Shown one piece after another: positions 12,928 to 22,148 of a stretch of DNA of 64,000 bases. This stretch comes from Clostridiales bacterium (GTDB lineage Bacteria; Bacillota; Clostridia; Lachnospirales; Lachnospiraceae). Made by a program: the position numbers and the translations under genes. The notes under the pieces are model-generated. The model made no database searches. It had not been told where the DNA came from and saw only the letters and a list, made by a program, of their open reading frames with translations. Location of the stretch: positions 1,567 through 65,566 of the forward strand of contig JAQXNU010000206.1 in NCBI GenBank assembly GCA_029098165.1. The letters run 5' to 3'. Position 1 is the first letter of the stretch. Each line of letters opens with the position of its first letter.

Positions 12928-13395
12928 ATGATTGATTTAGAAACAATTGATCCTATGTATATGGTCTTTGGCAATATTTTCACAACGGCGAATCAGTTAC
13001 AGGTGATTTTGGATCAGGAGATGGAGGAGATTACGGCAAAGCAGTTTTATGCACTGATCATGCTGGATATTTTTGAAGATGCACCGACTTTGAAGGAATT
13101 AGCAGAACAGTCTGGTACTTCCCATCAGAATATGAAGCAGATCATATTAAAGCTGCAACATAAGGGATACATAGAGATTCGTCCAGACCGAAAAGATAAA
13201 CGGGCAATGAGAATTTATAAGACAGATCTGACAGAAGAATTGAGCAAAAAGTATGATGCGAATAGTAAAATATTTATGAAAGAGTTGTTCTCTTGCTTGT
13301 CGAAGGATGAAACGGCGAAGTTGAGCGAGTATCTGATTCGAATTAGTCAGCAGATGCGAAAAATGAAGGAGGCTAACAATGGGAAAGAAGATTAG
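12928..13395 (+). CDS. MarR-family transcriptional regulator
   Basis: ITAKQF, PTLKELA, TSHQNMKQIILKLQHKGYI, D+RDKRA winged-helix pattern; AGAAGGAG RBS. Confidence 0.88.
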   Translation: MIDLETIDPMYMVFGNIFTTANQLQVILDQEMEEITAKQFYALIMLDIFEDAPTLKELAEQSGTSHQNMKQIILKLQHKGYIEIRPDRKDKRAMRIYKTDLTEELSKKYDANSKIFMKELFSCLSKDETAKLSEYLIRISQQMRKMKEANNGKED

Positions 13396-13952
13396 TAAGT
13401 GTTTTGGTATTGTATTTGGAGTAACAGTTTTTGGTATCATTTTATCAGATTTTCGTAGGGTTAGGGGATGCCTTGCCAGTTCCATTGTTGATGTTATTAA
13501 TTTATCGATTTTATTTTCATAAGGATGCAGAAAAAGGAAGTACATACATAAAAAAACATTTAAAAAGAACATCAAAAACTCTTTTATCAGTTACCGTGTC
13601 AACTGTCTTTATTATCGAGAGAATCATCTGCTATTCAACTGGAATTACGTTAAGTGCGATGAAGGAGTATCCAGTTCCTTGTATGATATGGACGATAGTC
13701 TTTGGAATTATTCTTGGAATTGTATGTACCATCTTATATCCAATCTATGATTCTATCGGTAACAATAAAAAGCAGAGTGTAATGTTGATGATTTTAACAC
13801 TGGGGCTGAACTGGATTTGGTTTAATAACTTTATCGCAATGCTAGCGAAGGATATGGTTTTACAGATGACAACGAGGAGCTGTATCGATGTAGCAGCTAT
13901 AATTTGCTGTATTATAGCTATGAAAGGAAAAATGCGTTATGAAGAAGTATAA
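13379..13952 (+). pseudogene. Membrane protein with an apparent +1 frameshift in a 5-T run (or a sequence error)
   Basis: RBS GGAGG and ATG 13379 give MGKKISKCFGIVFGVTV. Removing one T from 13428-13432 joins this to the long hydrophobic frame of ORF 13431-13952. Confidence 0.6.
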
Positions 13953-14802
13953 TATAATGTCAATCTGTTGCGCTTTATTATGTATGTTATCGAGCAGCAT
14001 CGGATTGTTTTACAGTTTTGGCGGAAGTAGATATGTGGTTAATAATATTTATGGAGAAGAGATTGAAATTTATGGAGATGGAATCTATGCCAATGACACC
14101 TTATTAAAAGTGGGAGGTACACGAGGTGCGGACCTTACTGTGCTTTTAATCGGGGCTTTATTGGTCGGTTTGGCTCTATGGAAAACTAAAAAGAGAAGCA
14201 TATTTTATATTCAAGCAGGTCTTCTTGTTAGCTTGTTTTACAATACTAGCTGTCTGATTTTAGGTAATACCTTTAACCAGCTGTTTTTGGTATATCTAGT
14301 ACAGTTTAGTCTGCTTTTTTTCACACTTTTCTTTCTTGTAAATGATCTTATGAAGCGAGAGGATCTACAACAGCTTCAAGAACTTAAATCTACTGGGACG
14401 GCAGTATTTCTTATGATTGCTGGATGTTCCGTCTTAATATGGTTAACGATTATCATACCAGCACTGATAAATAAGGTGCCAATCGAGACCATAGACATCT
14501 ATACAACGGAACCAACATTTGTTTTCGATTTAGGACTAATTTTACCGTTTTATTGGATTTGTGGAATTCAGATTCTAAAGAAGAAAGTGAACGGTTATAA
14601 GATGGCAGCGATTTTATTAACATTTTTATGTATAATCGGTATTAGCGTAATCTTTCAAACAATAATTCAAATAGATTTAGGTATTACCATAGAAGCGGGA
14701 CAGTTAGTCGGAATGGTGGCTTCATTCGTCATATTAGCTATTATTTCGGTAGTTCAATTGATCAAGATTATCAAAAAAATGAATCAATGTGATATTAAAT
14801 GA
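13939..14802 (+). CDS. Multi-pass membrane protein of unknown function
   Basis: About 8 hydrophobic segments; translationally coupled within the MarR operon. Confidence 0.8.
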   Translation: MKKYNIMSICCALLCMLSSSIGLFYSFGGSRYVVNNIYGEEIEIYGDGIYANDTLLKVGGTRGADLTVLLIGALLVGLALWKTKKRSIFYIQAGLLVSLFYNTSCLILGNTFNQLFLVYLVQFSLLFFTLFFLVNDLMKREDLQQLQELKSTGTAVFLMIAGCSVLIWLTIIIPALINKVPIETIDIYTTEPTFVFDLGLILPFYWICGIQILKKKVNGYKMAAILLTFLCIIGISVIFQTIIQIDLGITIEAGQLVGMVASFVILAIISVVQLIKIIKKMNQCDIK

Positions 14803-14915
14803 CGAAATGTATTATCTTGCATGGAGAGATTATATCGAAAAAACGTTTGATATCACAAAACTAAAAAAATGATAAATATATAACACATTACTGGGCAAAA
14901 AATTATCAAATTTAA

Positions 14916-14947
14916 GGCTTATGACATCAAATCATAAGCCCTTTTTT
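14916..14947 (+). terminator. Intrinsic terminator
   Basis: GGCTTATGA-catcaaa-TCATAAGCC followed by CTTTTTT. Confidence 0.75.
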
Positions 14948-15314
14948 ATTACTTTAGAGAGAGTAAATACGGTTAATTGTGGAAAAAACATGATAAAAGA
15001 TAATGGCATAATGGAGTTTTGTATTTGTCGACATCATTTCTCGGAATGGATATCAAATCTATGTGATAAATGAGTATTAACATATTCTCGATTTGGATGC
15101 TTAGAACGACTATAAATTTATAACAGAATTTCTATTTTTTTCTGAGGTTGCTTTTCAATAGGAAGAGATGCATTCACAATTCGAGAAAAGCATGGTAATT
15201 GTAGGAATTTGGAGAAAATTGATTGACGGATTCTTAACAATGTGGTAGTTTATTGCTTGCCGACTGGTTAAGAATTTAACATAGTTGATTACGTTATAGG
15301 GTGAGAGGTATTTT

Positions 15315-17066
15315 ATGAGAAAGAAGATTTATGTGTTAGCAATGGCAGTAACTGTTTTAACAGCAGGTTGCTCCAAACAGGGAACAGAGACGACAAAAGA
15401 TGACGTTACAACCAATAATGGTAACGTTGCGACAGAGGAAACTACAAGTGATTCGAATGCTCAGACAGAAGGTATTGGCTATGGTTATGGTGGCGAACTA
15501 AAGGTCAAAGTTACTATGGAAAAAGATAAGATTGTTGATCTTGAGTTAGTCTCTAACAATGAGACAAACGTTGTGATTGATCGTGCTTGGCCAGTAATCA
15601 AGGAAAGGATCATGGAGGCACAGAGTCCAATTGTAGATAGCGTATCTGGTGCAACATTTTCATCTTATGGGGTAAAAACTGCGGTAGCAGAAGTGTTAAG
15701 GGCAAATGGCCAAGACATAGAAGCGATTACATTTACGACACAGGGTCCAGAAACTGAAAAGAAGGAATTAGAAACAGTGGAAACACAGGTCGTAGTTGTA
15801 GGTGGTGGTCCAGCTGGACTTTCTGCAGCGATTGAAGCAAAACAGAATGGTGTGGAAAATGTCATCGTTATTGAGAAGTTAGACATTTTAAGTGGTAACG
15901 GTAAGTTTGACTTAGATTTTGTCGACTTAATCAATTCAAAAGCTCAGAAAGAAAACGGAATCGAAGATACCGTAGAAGATTTTGTTAAGTATTTAAAAGA
16001 AACGAAGAAAGCTTGGGATAGTGATGAGCGTATTTTAGCGCAGGCGGAAGGTTCCTATAAATTAGATGAATGGCTTCGTGAGCAGGGTACAGAATTGAAT
16101 TACAACTTTGATACTAGAAATCATATGTCAGAATGGGATCGCTACGCTGGGGAGCAGATTCAGGAAAACATGGAAAAGAAAGCGAAAGAACTCGGTATCG
16201 ATATTCGTACTGGTACAAAGGGTCTTGATCTTATCATGGAAGATGGAAAAGCAGTTGGTGTAAAAGTTCAGCAGAAGAACAATTTCTATGATATTAAAGC
16301 GGAAGCGGTTATCGTGGCAACTGGTGGTTTTTGTTCCAATAAAGAACTGTTAGCAAAATACGCTCCAGGTACAGAAACGCTTCAGACATCCAATCAGATG
16401 GGTACTACAGGTGACTTTATTCCAGTATTTGAAAAATACAATTTAGCATTAGATCGTATGGATGTTACTCGAATCTTCCCAATCATCAATGTTGCACGTA
16501 GAGACTTAACTGGTGGTGGAGATGGTTATCTCTTTGTAAATAAAGAAGGTAAACGTTTTATCGATGAAACGAAGCGAGAAATGGAATTGGCATCTGCAAT
16601 CCAGTCTCAGACTGACGGAAAGATCTATTACATTTACGATCAGAAATTATATGATAAGACATATCGTTTACAGAAACACAATAAGTTAGGATATCATACT
16701 AAGGGCGAAACGTTAGAAGATTTAGCACAAAAATTAGGTATCGATGCAGAAAACTTAAAAGAGACTGTAAAGACATATAATCAGGCTGTTAAGGGTGAAA
16801 TCCCAGATCCATTCCGTGAAACTCCTTTCACAGAAACATTCAATGAAGAAGGACCATTCTATGGTGTTCAAGTAGAATCTGCTATTCACATGACTCGTGG
16901 TGGTGTCGTAGCAAATGAGAAAGCACAGGTTATGACAAACGATGGAGAGATCGTAGAAGGTTTATTTGCTGCTGGTGAAGTTACAGCAACAAGCCAGGCA
17001 TATAGTGCAGCGGTTATCTTCGGTAGAATCGCTGGAGAAGAGGCTGCTAAGTTAGTCTTAAAGTAG
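15315..17066 (+). CDS. Lipoprotein flavocytochrome-c/fumarate-reductase-family reductase with an N-terminal FMN-binding (flavinylation) domain
   Basis: Lipobox LTAGC; DSVSGATFSS flavinylation motif; VVVGGGPAG; VIVATGGF; HMTRGG; GLFAAGEVT. Confidence 0.88.
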   Translation: MRKKIYVLAMAVTVLTAGCSKQGTETTKDDVTTNNGNVATEETTSDSNAQTEGIGYGYGGELKVKVTMEKDKIVDLELVSNNETNVVIDRAWPVIKERIMEAQSPIVDSVSGATFSSYGVKTAVAEVLRANGQDIEAITFTTQGPETEKKELETVETQVVVVGGGPAGLSAAIEAKQNGVENVIVIEKLDILSGNGKFDLDFVDLINSKAQKENGIEDTVEDFVKYLKETKKAWDSDERILAQAEGSYKLDEWLREQGTELNYNFDTRNHMSEWDRYAGEQIQENMEKKAKELGIDIRTGTKGLDLIMEDGKAVGVKVQQKNNFYDIKAEAVIVATGGFCSNKELLAKYAPGTETLQTSNQMGTTGDFIPVFEKYNLALDRMDVTRIFPIINVARRDLTGGGDGYLFVNKEGKRFIDETKREMELASAIQSQTDGKIYYIYDQKLYDKTYRLQKHNKLGYHTKGETLEDLAQKLGIDAENLKETVKTYNQAVKGEIPDPFRETPFTETFNEEGPFYGVQVESAIHMTRGGVVANEKAQVMTNDGEIVEGLFAAGEVTATSQAYSAAVIFGRIAGEEAAKLVLK

Positions 17067-17148
17067 AATCATACTCTAAGACACGGCAAGATAATTTAAG
17101 AGTATACTGTTAGAAAAAGTAAAAAAGTACAATTAGTAAATAGTGATA

Positions 17149-17196
17149 AAAAGGACTGGTAATTTGCTTTAATAAAAGTGGAGAGCCAGTCCTTTT
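17149..17196. terminator. Likely bidirectional terminator between convergent genes
   Basis: AAAAGGACTGG ... CCAGTCCTTTT inverted repeat. Confidence 0.6.
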
Positions 17197-17252
17197 AGTT
17201 TGCCGTTGAAGAGTCTGTTATAATAAGATATTTTGAATTATCTTAAGAACCT

Positions 17253-18095
17253 CTACGAGTGGCTAGTGTTCATGTTTAGGTTTCTTGTATTTGACATTCC
17301 GAACATCTGGGCAGAATCTAGTGTTTTATAAACTTTGATCGTAGGTGCCAACCAAACTTGTCCAGTCCCACGATAGACATTAACTAAGCCTTCTCCACTG
17401 ACAGCGGAACCGATGAGCGTCTTTGCACTTCGCTCTACTGTAAAGTCTAATGTGCTGCTACGTAGAACAGCAAAGTTACCATCTACTTTTAATACATCAT
17501 TTTGAAGATCAATGATATCGATCTCTTCCATTGGTACAATGGATTCAAGAACGATTAAACCAGGACCAGTCAATTGCTGTTGGAAGATGCCTTCACCACC
17601 GGCGACAGCAGAAGAAAAATTACGTTGGGAGACCGTTTTAACGGTTACACTACCTTGAGCGCAGTAGAACATTCCGTCATCGACGATAATGGATTCCCCA
17701 GGTGCTAATTCCATAACTAAGAAGTGCTTAAAGGATGGTTCTAAGACTAAAAGTCCAGTACCAGTGTATTCAGGTTGTGCCATTTGTTCTCCAGTAACTG
17801 CACCACGGATCATGCGACCTAAAGCATTACCAACTGTAACTCCACTTACCATCTGAATATTTCCTTGAAAATAGCTCATCGCACCTTTTTCAATCGTTAC
17901 TTTTTCATTATTTAGATACAATGCAATCTGACGTACACGAATGTTTTGTTTTTCCATAAAGTAAATCTGTTGTGCCATGGATGAATTGGAAAGACCAAGA
18001 AGTTTGGTATACTCTAAGATTTCAACTTTTAAACCACCACTTGTAAAGTCTTCAAGAACTCGTACATTTTCTCTTGTTCCGGTTGCAGTTTTCAT
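17253..18095 (-). CDS. AIM24 (DUF124/TRAP-like) family protein
   Basis: EKGAMSY, VDDGMFYC, GGEGIFQ, G.GLIVLES, VDGNFAV, SGEGLVNVYRGTGQVWL repeats. Confidence 0.85.
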   Translation of the reverse strand: MKTATGTRENVRVLEDFTSGGLKVEILEYTKLLGLSNSSMAQQIYFMEKQNIRVRQIALYLNNEKVTIEKGAMSYFQGNIQMVSGVTVGNALGRMIRGAVTGEQMAQPEYTGTGLLVLEPSFKHFLVMELAPGESIIVDDGMFYCAQGSVTVKTVSQRNFSSAVAGGEGIFQQQLTGPGLIVLESIVPMEEIDIIDLQNDVLKVDGNFAVLRSSTLDFTVERSAKTLIGSAVSGEGLVNVYRGTGQVWLAPTIKVYKTLDSAQMFGMSNTRNLNMNTSHS

Positions 18096-18134
18096 AATCT
18101 CATCCTCCTAGTTCTTTTTTATTTTTACAAAGCG

Positions 18135-18620
18135 TTATTCGCAATGAATGTTTTTCTGTGCCCATAATTGCAGAGCCTTAGCATTGGTTGAAATTTTATC
18201 GAGGGTATCCAAGATTGTATCAAATTCAACTTTTTCATCTTTGGTAATCACTCCATCCTCGGAAATCTCAATCAGAGAGGAACGGAGTTGATCGATATCT
18301 TTGAGAGAACCTAAGACTTTCAAAGCAAGACGATCGAAATCTTCAATTTCAACTTTCTTAACGCTTGTGGCACCAATTGGACATTCGCATGCACAGTAGG
18401 AGTTACATAATTCCGGACAGTTGTATGCTTTAGCCATGGTGAGCACTTCATCAGGATAAGGTTTGATATTCCCTAACTCAATATTACTTAAGCGTGTACG
18501 TTCAATATGTAGTAGTTCTGAGGCTTTTTCGCGGCTCGAGAAAGAATCATTTGTTTTTGTTGCATCATAACGTGCGATGCAGTAAATGTTATCGGCTGCT
18601 TTTGTTGCTTTTTTACTCAT
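18135..18620 (-). CDS. XRE-type HTH regulator with a phage CII-like C-terminal region
   Basis: SREKASELLHIERTRLSNIELG helix-turn-helix; YC.CECPIG; DGVITKDE..EF C-terminus typical of phage-regulator-like proteins. Confidence 0.65.
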   Translation of the reverse strand: MSKKATKAADNIYCIARYDATKTNDSFSSREKASELLHIERTRLSNIELGNIKPYPDEVLTMAKAYNCPELCNSYCACECPIGATSVKKVEIEDFDRLALKVLGSLKDIDQLRSSLIEISEDGVITKDEKVEFDTILDTLDKISTNAKALQLWAQKNIHCE

Positions 18621-18731
18621 ATATTATTTCTCCTCAATTGTTATAATTCATATAGATGGTATATGATATGTATATTTTATCATAAAACTGCATAAAGAGA
18701 AACAATAAAAATTTTTGGAGGTAAGTAATTG

Positions 18732-19778
18732 ATGAAGGCAAAAGATATTTATTTTAAGACAATGAAGTTTGTATGGATGAAATTAGGATTGGGGGCATTA
18801 ACAATTCTGTTATCTGGTGTTTGGTTCGGAATTCTATTCGGGTTGAATTACCTCTTTAACAACCAAGGATTTTTTTGGATCAGTATTATTTTATGGCTCG
18901 CAGGTACCGGAGCTATCAACAGTTTACTAAATCATTATATAGGATATTTGGTAAAAGCTGGCCATGTTGCAATCATTGCACAGGCAGTTACCACAGGTCA
19001 GATTCCTGATAATCAGTTCCAAGTAGCAAAACAGATGGTAACTTCCAGATTTGCTACAAGTAATGTATACTTTGTCATCGATAAACTTGTAAATGGTGCC
19101 GTTAACCAGTTAAACAGCGTATTACAGAAAGTAGATAATCTATTGGGTAACGTACCTGGCCTTAGTACAATTATTTCTATTTTACAATTATTCATAAAAA
19201 TTGCATTGGGATACGTAGATGAATGCTGTCTTGGATATACCTTTTATAAAACAGAAGATACTGCATATAAGAGTGCAGCAGATGGCGTCATAATCTACTT
19301 CCAAAATTGGAAGACACTTTTAAAGAATGCAGCAAAAACTACAGCTATCGTTATTGTATTTACCTTCTTAGCATGGCTGTTACCATTCATCTTAATCGGT
19401 GCTCTTGCAAATGCATTATCCTTTAGCTTATGGATTGCAGTTATCGCTGCACTGATGATTGCACTTGCAGCAAAGAACGCATTTATTGATAGCTTTATGT
19501 TAGTTGAGATGATGACATCTTACATGAAGGTTGCTCCAAGTACTCAGATTACATATGATCTTTACGGTAAGTTATGTAAGTTATCGAAGAAGTTCAAAGA
19601 TTTATTTGGTAAGGCTCAGGAGGAACAGCCAAACCTTCAAGCATCGATGATGAGTCAGCAGGTTCCAGTTGCAGCTACTATAAATGCTAATCAACAGCAA
19701 AACAATGCTCGCTATTGTATTCATTGTGGTGCATTAGTTCAGGGACAGTTCTGTACACAGTGTGGTAATCGAATTTGA
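18732..19778 (+). CDS. Membrane protein with C-terminal Gln-rich linker and zinc ribbon
   Basis: Four hydrophobic segments; CIHCG...FCTQCG at the C-terminus; GGAGGT RBS. Confidence 0.8.
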   Translation: MKAKDIYFKTMKFVWMKLGLGALTILLSGVWFGILFGLNYLFNNQGFFWISIILWLAGTGAINSLLNHYIGYLVKAGHVAIIAQAVTTGQIPDNQFQVAKQMVTSRFATSNVYFVIDKLVNGAVNQLNSVLQKVDNLLGNVPGLSTIISILQLFIKIALGYVDECCLGYTFYKTEDTAYKSAADGVIIYFQNWKTLLKNAAKTTAIVIVFTFLAWLLPFILIGALANALSFSLWIAVIAALMIALAAKNAFIDSFMLVEMMTSYMKVAPSTQITYDLYGKLCKLSKKFKDLFGKAQEEQPNLQASMMSQQVPVAATINANQQQNNARYCIHCGALVQGQFCTQCGNRI

Positions 19779-19792
19779 TAGTGTTTCAATGA

Positions 19793-19847
19793 AAACTCAA
19801 GCTTTGCACAAACATTAGAATTTATGGTGCAGGGCTTGAGTTTTTTT
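19793..19847 (+). terminator. Intrinsic terminator
   Basis: AAACTCAAGCTTTGCAC ... GTGCAGGGCTTGAGTTT followed by a T tract. Confidence 0.75.
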
Positions 19848-19986
19848 AGTTCAATGATATACAATATTTGTTTAACAAGTAAACAATTGGATTGAATTCA
19901 TGGAATGATTCACTTATAATGAAGATATACATAATATTGTAAAGAATTGAATGGATAAACTATCAAAGAATTGAGGCTTAATAAGT

Positions 19987-21333
19987 ATGCAGGTGTTTGT
20001 ACGTGACAAGGCATTTTATCAGAAAGTAGTTGCGATAGCAGTTCCAGTGTCGTTACAGAGCATGATTACAATCGGCGTTAACATGATGGATAATATCATG
20101 GTCGGCAAGCTGGGAGAGACTGTATTATCAGGAACTGCACTGGCAAATCAATTTATAACTATCTATCAGATCTGCTGTATGGGAATTGGTATGGGAGCCA
20201 GCGTATTAACGGCTCGTTTTTGGGGAATGAAGGATTTAGAATCCTTGAAAAAAGCTGTGACAATCATGTTACGATTATGTGTTGGAATTGCTGCATTATT
20301 TATGATTCCAACCATGATTGCCCCAGATCTTTTGATGAGGATGTATACAAAAGAGGTTGAGGTCATTGAGCAAGGTGTCCTGTATTTCCGCTTTATGGTT
20401 CCGTGTTACATATTACAAGGCTTGGCATTGACTTGCACTATTGTGCTTCGAAGTGTTGGACAGGTTAAGATCCCTTTATTTAGCTCGATCGGAGCATTTT
20501 TTGTTAATATACTGTTTAATTATATGCTGATCTTTGGTAAGTTTGGTGCACCACGAATGGAGATTCAAGGGGCAGCATTAGCGACACTAATTGCGAGAAT
20601 CTTTGAATTTCTTTTTATTTGTGGATTTTTCTTTTTCAAGGATGACAAAATGAAATATCGTTTGCATGATCTGAAGATGAAATGTGGTTCGTTATTAAAG
20701 AACTACGTAACGATCAGCTTGCCTGTGTTTGTATCTGACACACTTCTGGCATTAGGAAATTCAGCAGTAGCAATGGTGATGGGGCATATTGGAAAGACAT
20801 TTGTTTCTGCCAATTCCATTACGATGGTAACACAGCAGCTGAGTACAGTTTTAATTCAAGGAATCTGTCATTCCGGTTGTATCATTACAGGAAATACGCT
20901 TGGTGAAGGAAAGAAAGAGGCGGCTCAGAATCAGGCGGTTACTTTTTGGTTTTTAGGAGCAATCATCGGCGTTGTTGCTGGCGGTATCATTTACTTGATC
21001 GGAACACCGATTATTAACTGTTACAATATTGAAGATAGTACAAAGGTATTAGCAAAGCAATTAATGAATGCGGTTGCATTTATTGTTGTTTTTCAATCAA
21101 TAAATAGCATAATGACAAAAGGTGTTTTGCGTGGCGGCGGGGATACAAAGTTTTTAATGGTAGCTGATATTTTGTTTTTGTGGGTGGTATCGATTCCGTT
21201 TGGTGCACTTGCAGGATTGGTTTGGCATCTTCCTGCTTTCTGGATTTATACGTTGTTAAAAATCGATCAGGTACTTAAGGCCATATGGTGTGTGTTCCGT
21301 TTACGTAGCCGTAAGTGGATAAAGATTATATAA
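19987..21333 (+). CDS. MATE-family efflux transporter
   Basis: IAVPVSLQ..., two 6-TM repeats, LFNYMLIFGKFGAP..EIQGAALAT, GVLRGGGDT. Confidence 0.92.
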   Translation: MQVFVRDKAFYQKVVAIAVPVSLQSMITIGVNMMDNIMVGKLGETVLSGTALANQFITIYQICCMGIGMGASVLTARFWGMKDLESLKKAVTIMLRLCVGIAALFMIPTMIAPDLLMRMYTKEVEVIEQGVLYFRFMVPCYILQGLALTCTIVLRSVGQVKIPLFSSIGAFFVNILFNYMLIFGKFGAPRMEIQGAALATLIARIFEFLFICGFFFFKDDKMKYRLHDLKMKCGSLLKNYVTISLPVFVSDTLLALGNSAVAMVMGHIGKTFVSANSITMVTQQLSTVLIQGICHSGCIITGNTLGEGKKEAAQNQAVTFWFLGAIIGVVAGGIIYLIGTPIINCYNIEDSTKVLAKQLMNAVAFIVVFQSINSIMTKGVLRGGGDTKFLMVADILFLWVVSIPFGALAGLVWHLPAFWIYTLLKIDQVLKAIWCVFRLRSRKWIKII

Positions 21334-21371
21334 AGAATACGATAAATAAGAAAAAAACTGGGGGCAATGAT

Positions 21372-22022
21372 ATGGAGAAACTGGGAGTTATTTTTGATTT
21401 AGATGGGACGTTATGGGATGCCTCCAGAGAGGTAGTACCAGCTTGGAATGTAGTGTTTCAGAGGTATCCTAAGTTGCAGAAGGTGATTACCTTAGAAGAA
21501 ATGAGTGGGTATTTTGGTAAGACAATCGAAGAAATCGCGGCATTAATGTTGCCAATGGAAAGCGAAAGCAGTAGATTGAAAATTGTGAAAGAATGCTGTC
21601 GAGAAGAACAGATTTATTTAAAAGAGCATGGTGGAAGACTCTATCCGGAGTTAGAGAATACCTTGAAAAAACTGAGAGAAAAGTATCATTTATATATTGT
21701 GAGTAACTGTCAGGATGGTTATGTTCAGGCATTTCCTCATTATCATAAATTGGAGAAGTATTTTGATGACATTGAGATGTCGGGCAGAACTGGATTAAAT
21801 AAGGGAAAGAATATTGCATTGATTTTAGAAAGAAATCAGATTGATCAAGCATCCTATGTTGGAGATACGATGGGAGACTGTGAAGGGGCTCGTGTGGCAG
21901 GTATTCCGTATGTATACGCAAGATATGGTTTTGGTAAGGTTAGCGAATTTCAGTATGTCATTGATGAGATTGTCGCATTACCTGAAGTTGCCGAAAGAAT
22001 TTTTTGTAATTTGCAGTTGTAA
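21372..22022 (+). CDS. HAD-superfamily hydrolase (phosphoglycolate-phosphatase-like)
   Basis: FDLDGTLWD motif I; IVSN motif II; YVGDTMGD motif IV. Confidence 0.9.
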   Translation: MEKLGVIFDLDGTLWDASREVVPAWNVVFQRYPKLQKVITLEEMSGYFGKTIEEIAALMLPMESESSRLKIVKECCREEQIYLKEHGGRLYPELENTLKKLREKYHLYIVSNCQDGYVQAFPHYHKLEKYFDDIEMSGRTGLNKGKNIALILERNQIDQASYVGDTMGDCEGARVAGIPYVYARYGFGKVSEFQYVIDEIVALPEVAERIFCNLQL

Positions 22023-22148
22023 ACCTGCATGAATCGAGAAGAACGATACTTGTTTTGGAAGGAACATGGTAGAATAACTAGAATAGTAGGAAGGAGAAGG
22101 TAGCAGAGAGGATGCTAGTTCTATTGAAACTGCTACGTATGAATTGTT

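Noticed and set aside
17253-18620. Prophage
   Set aside because: Only one phage-like regulator; no integrase, terminase or structural genes.
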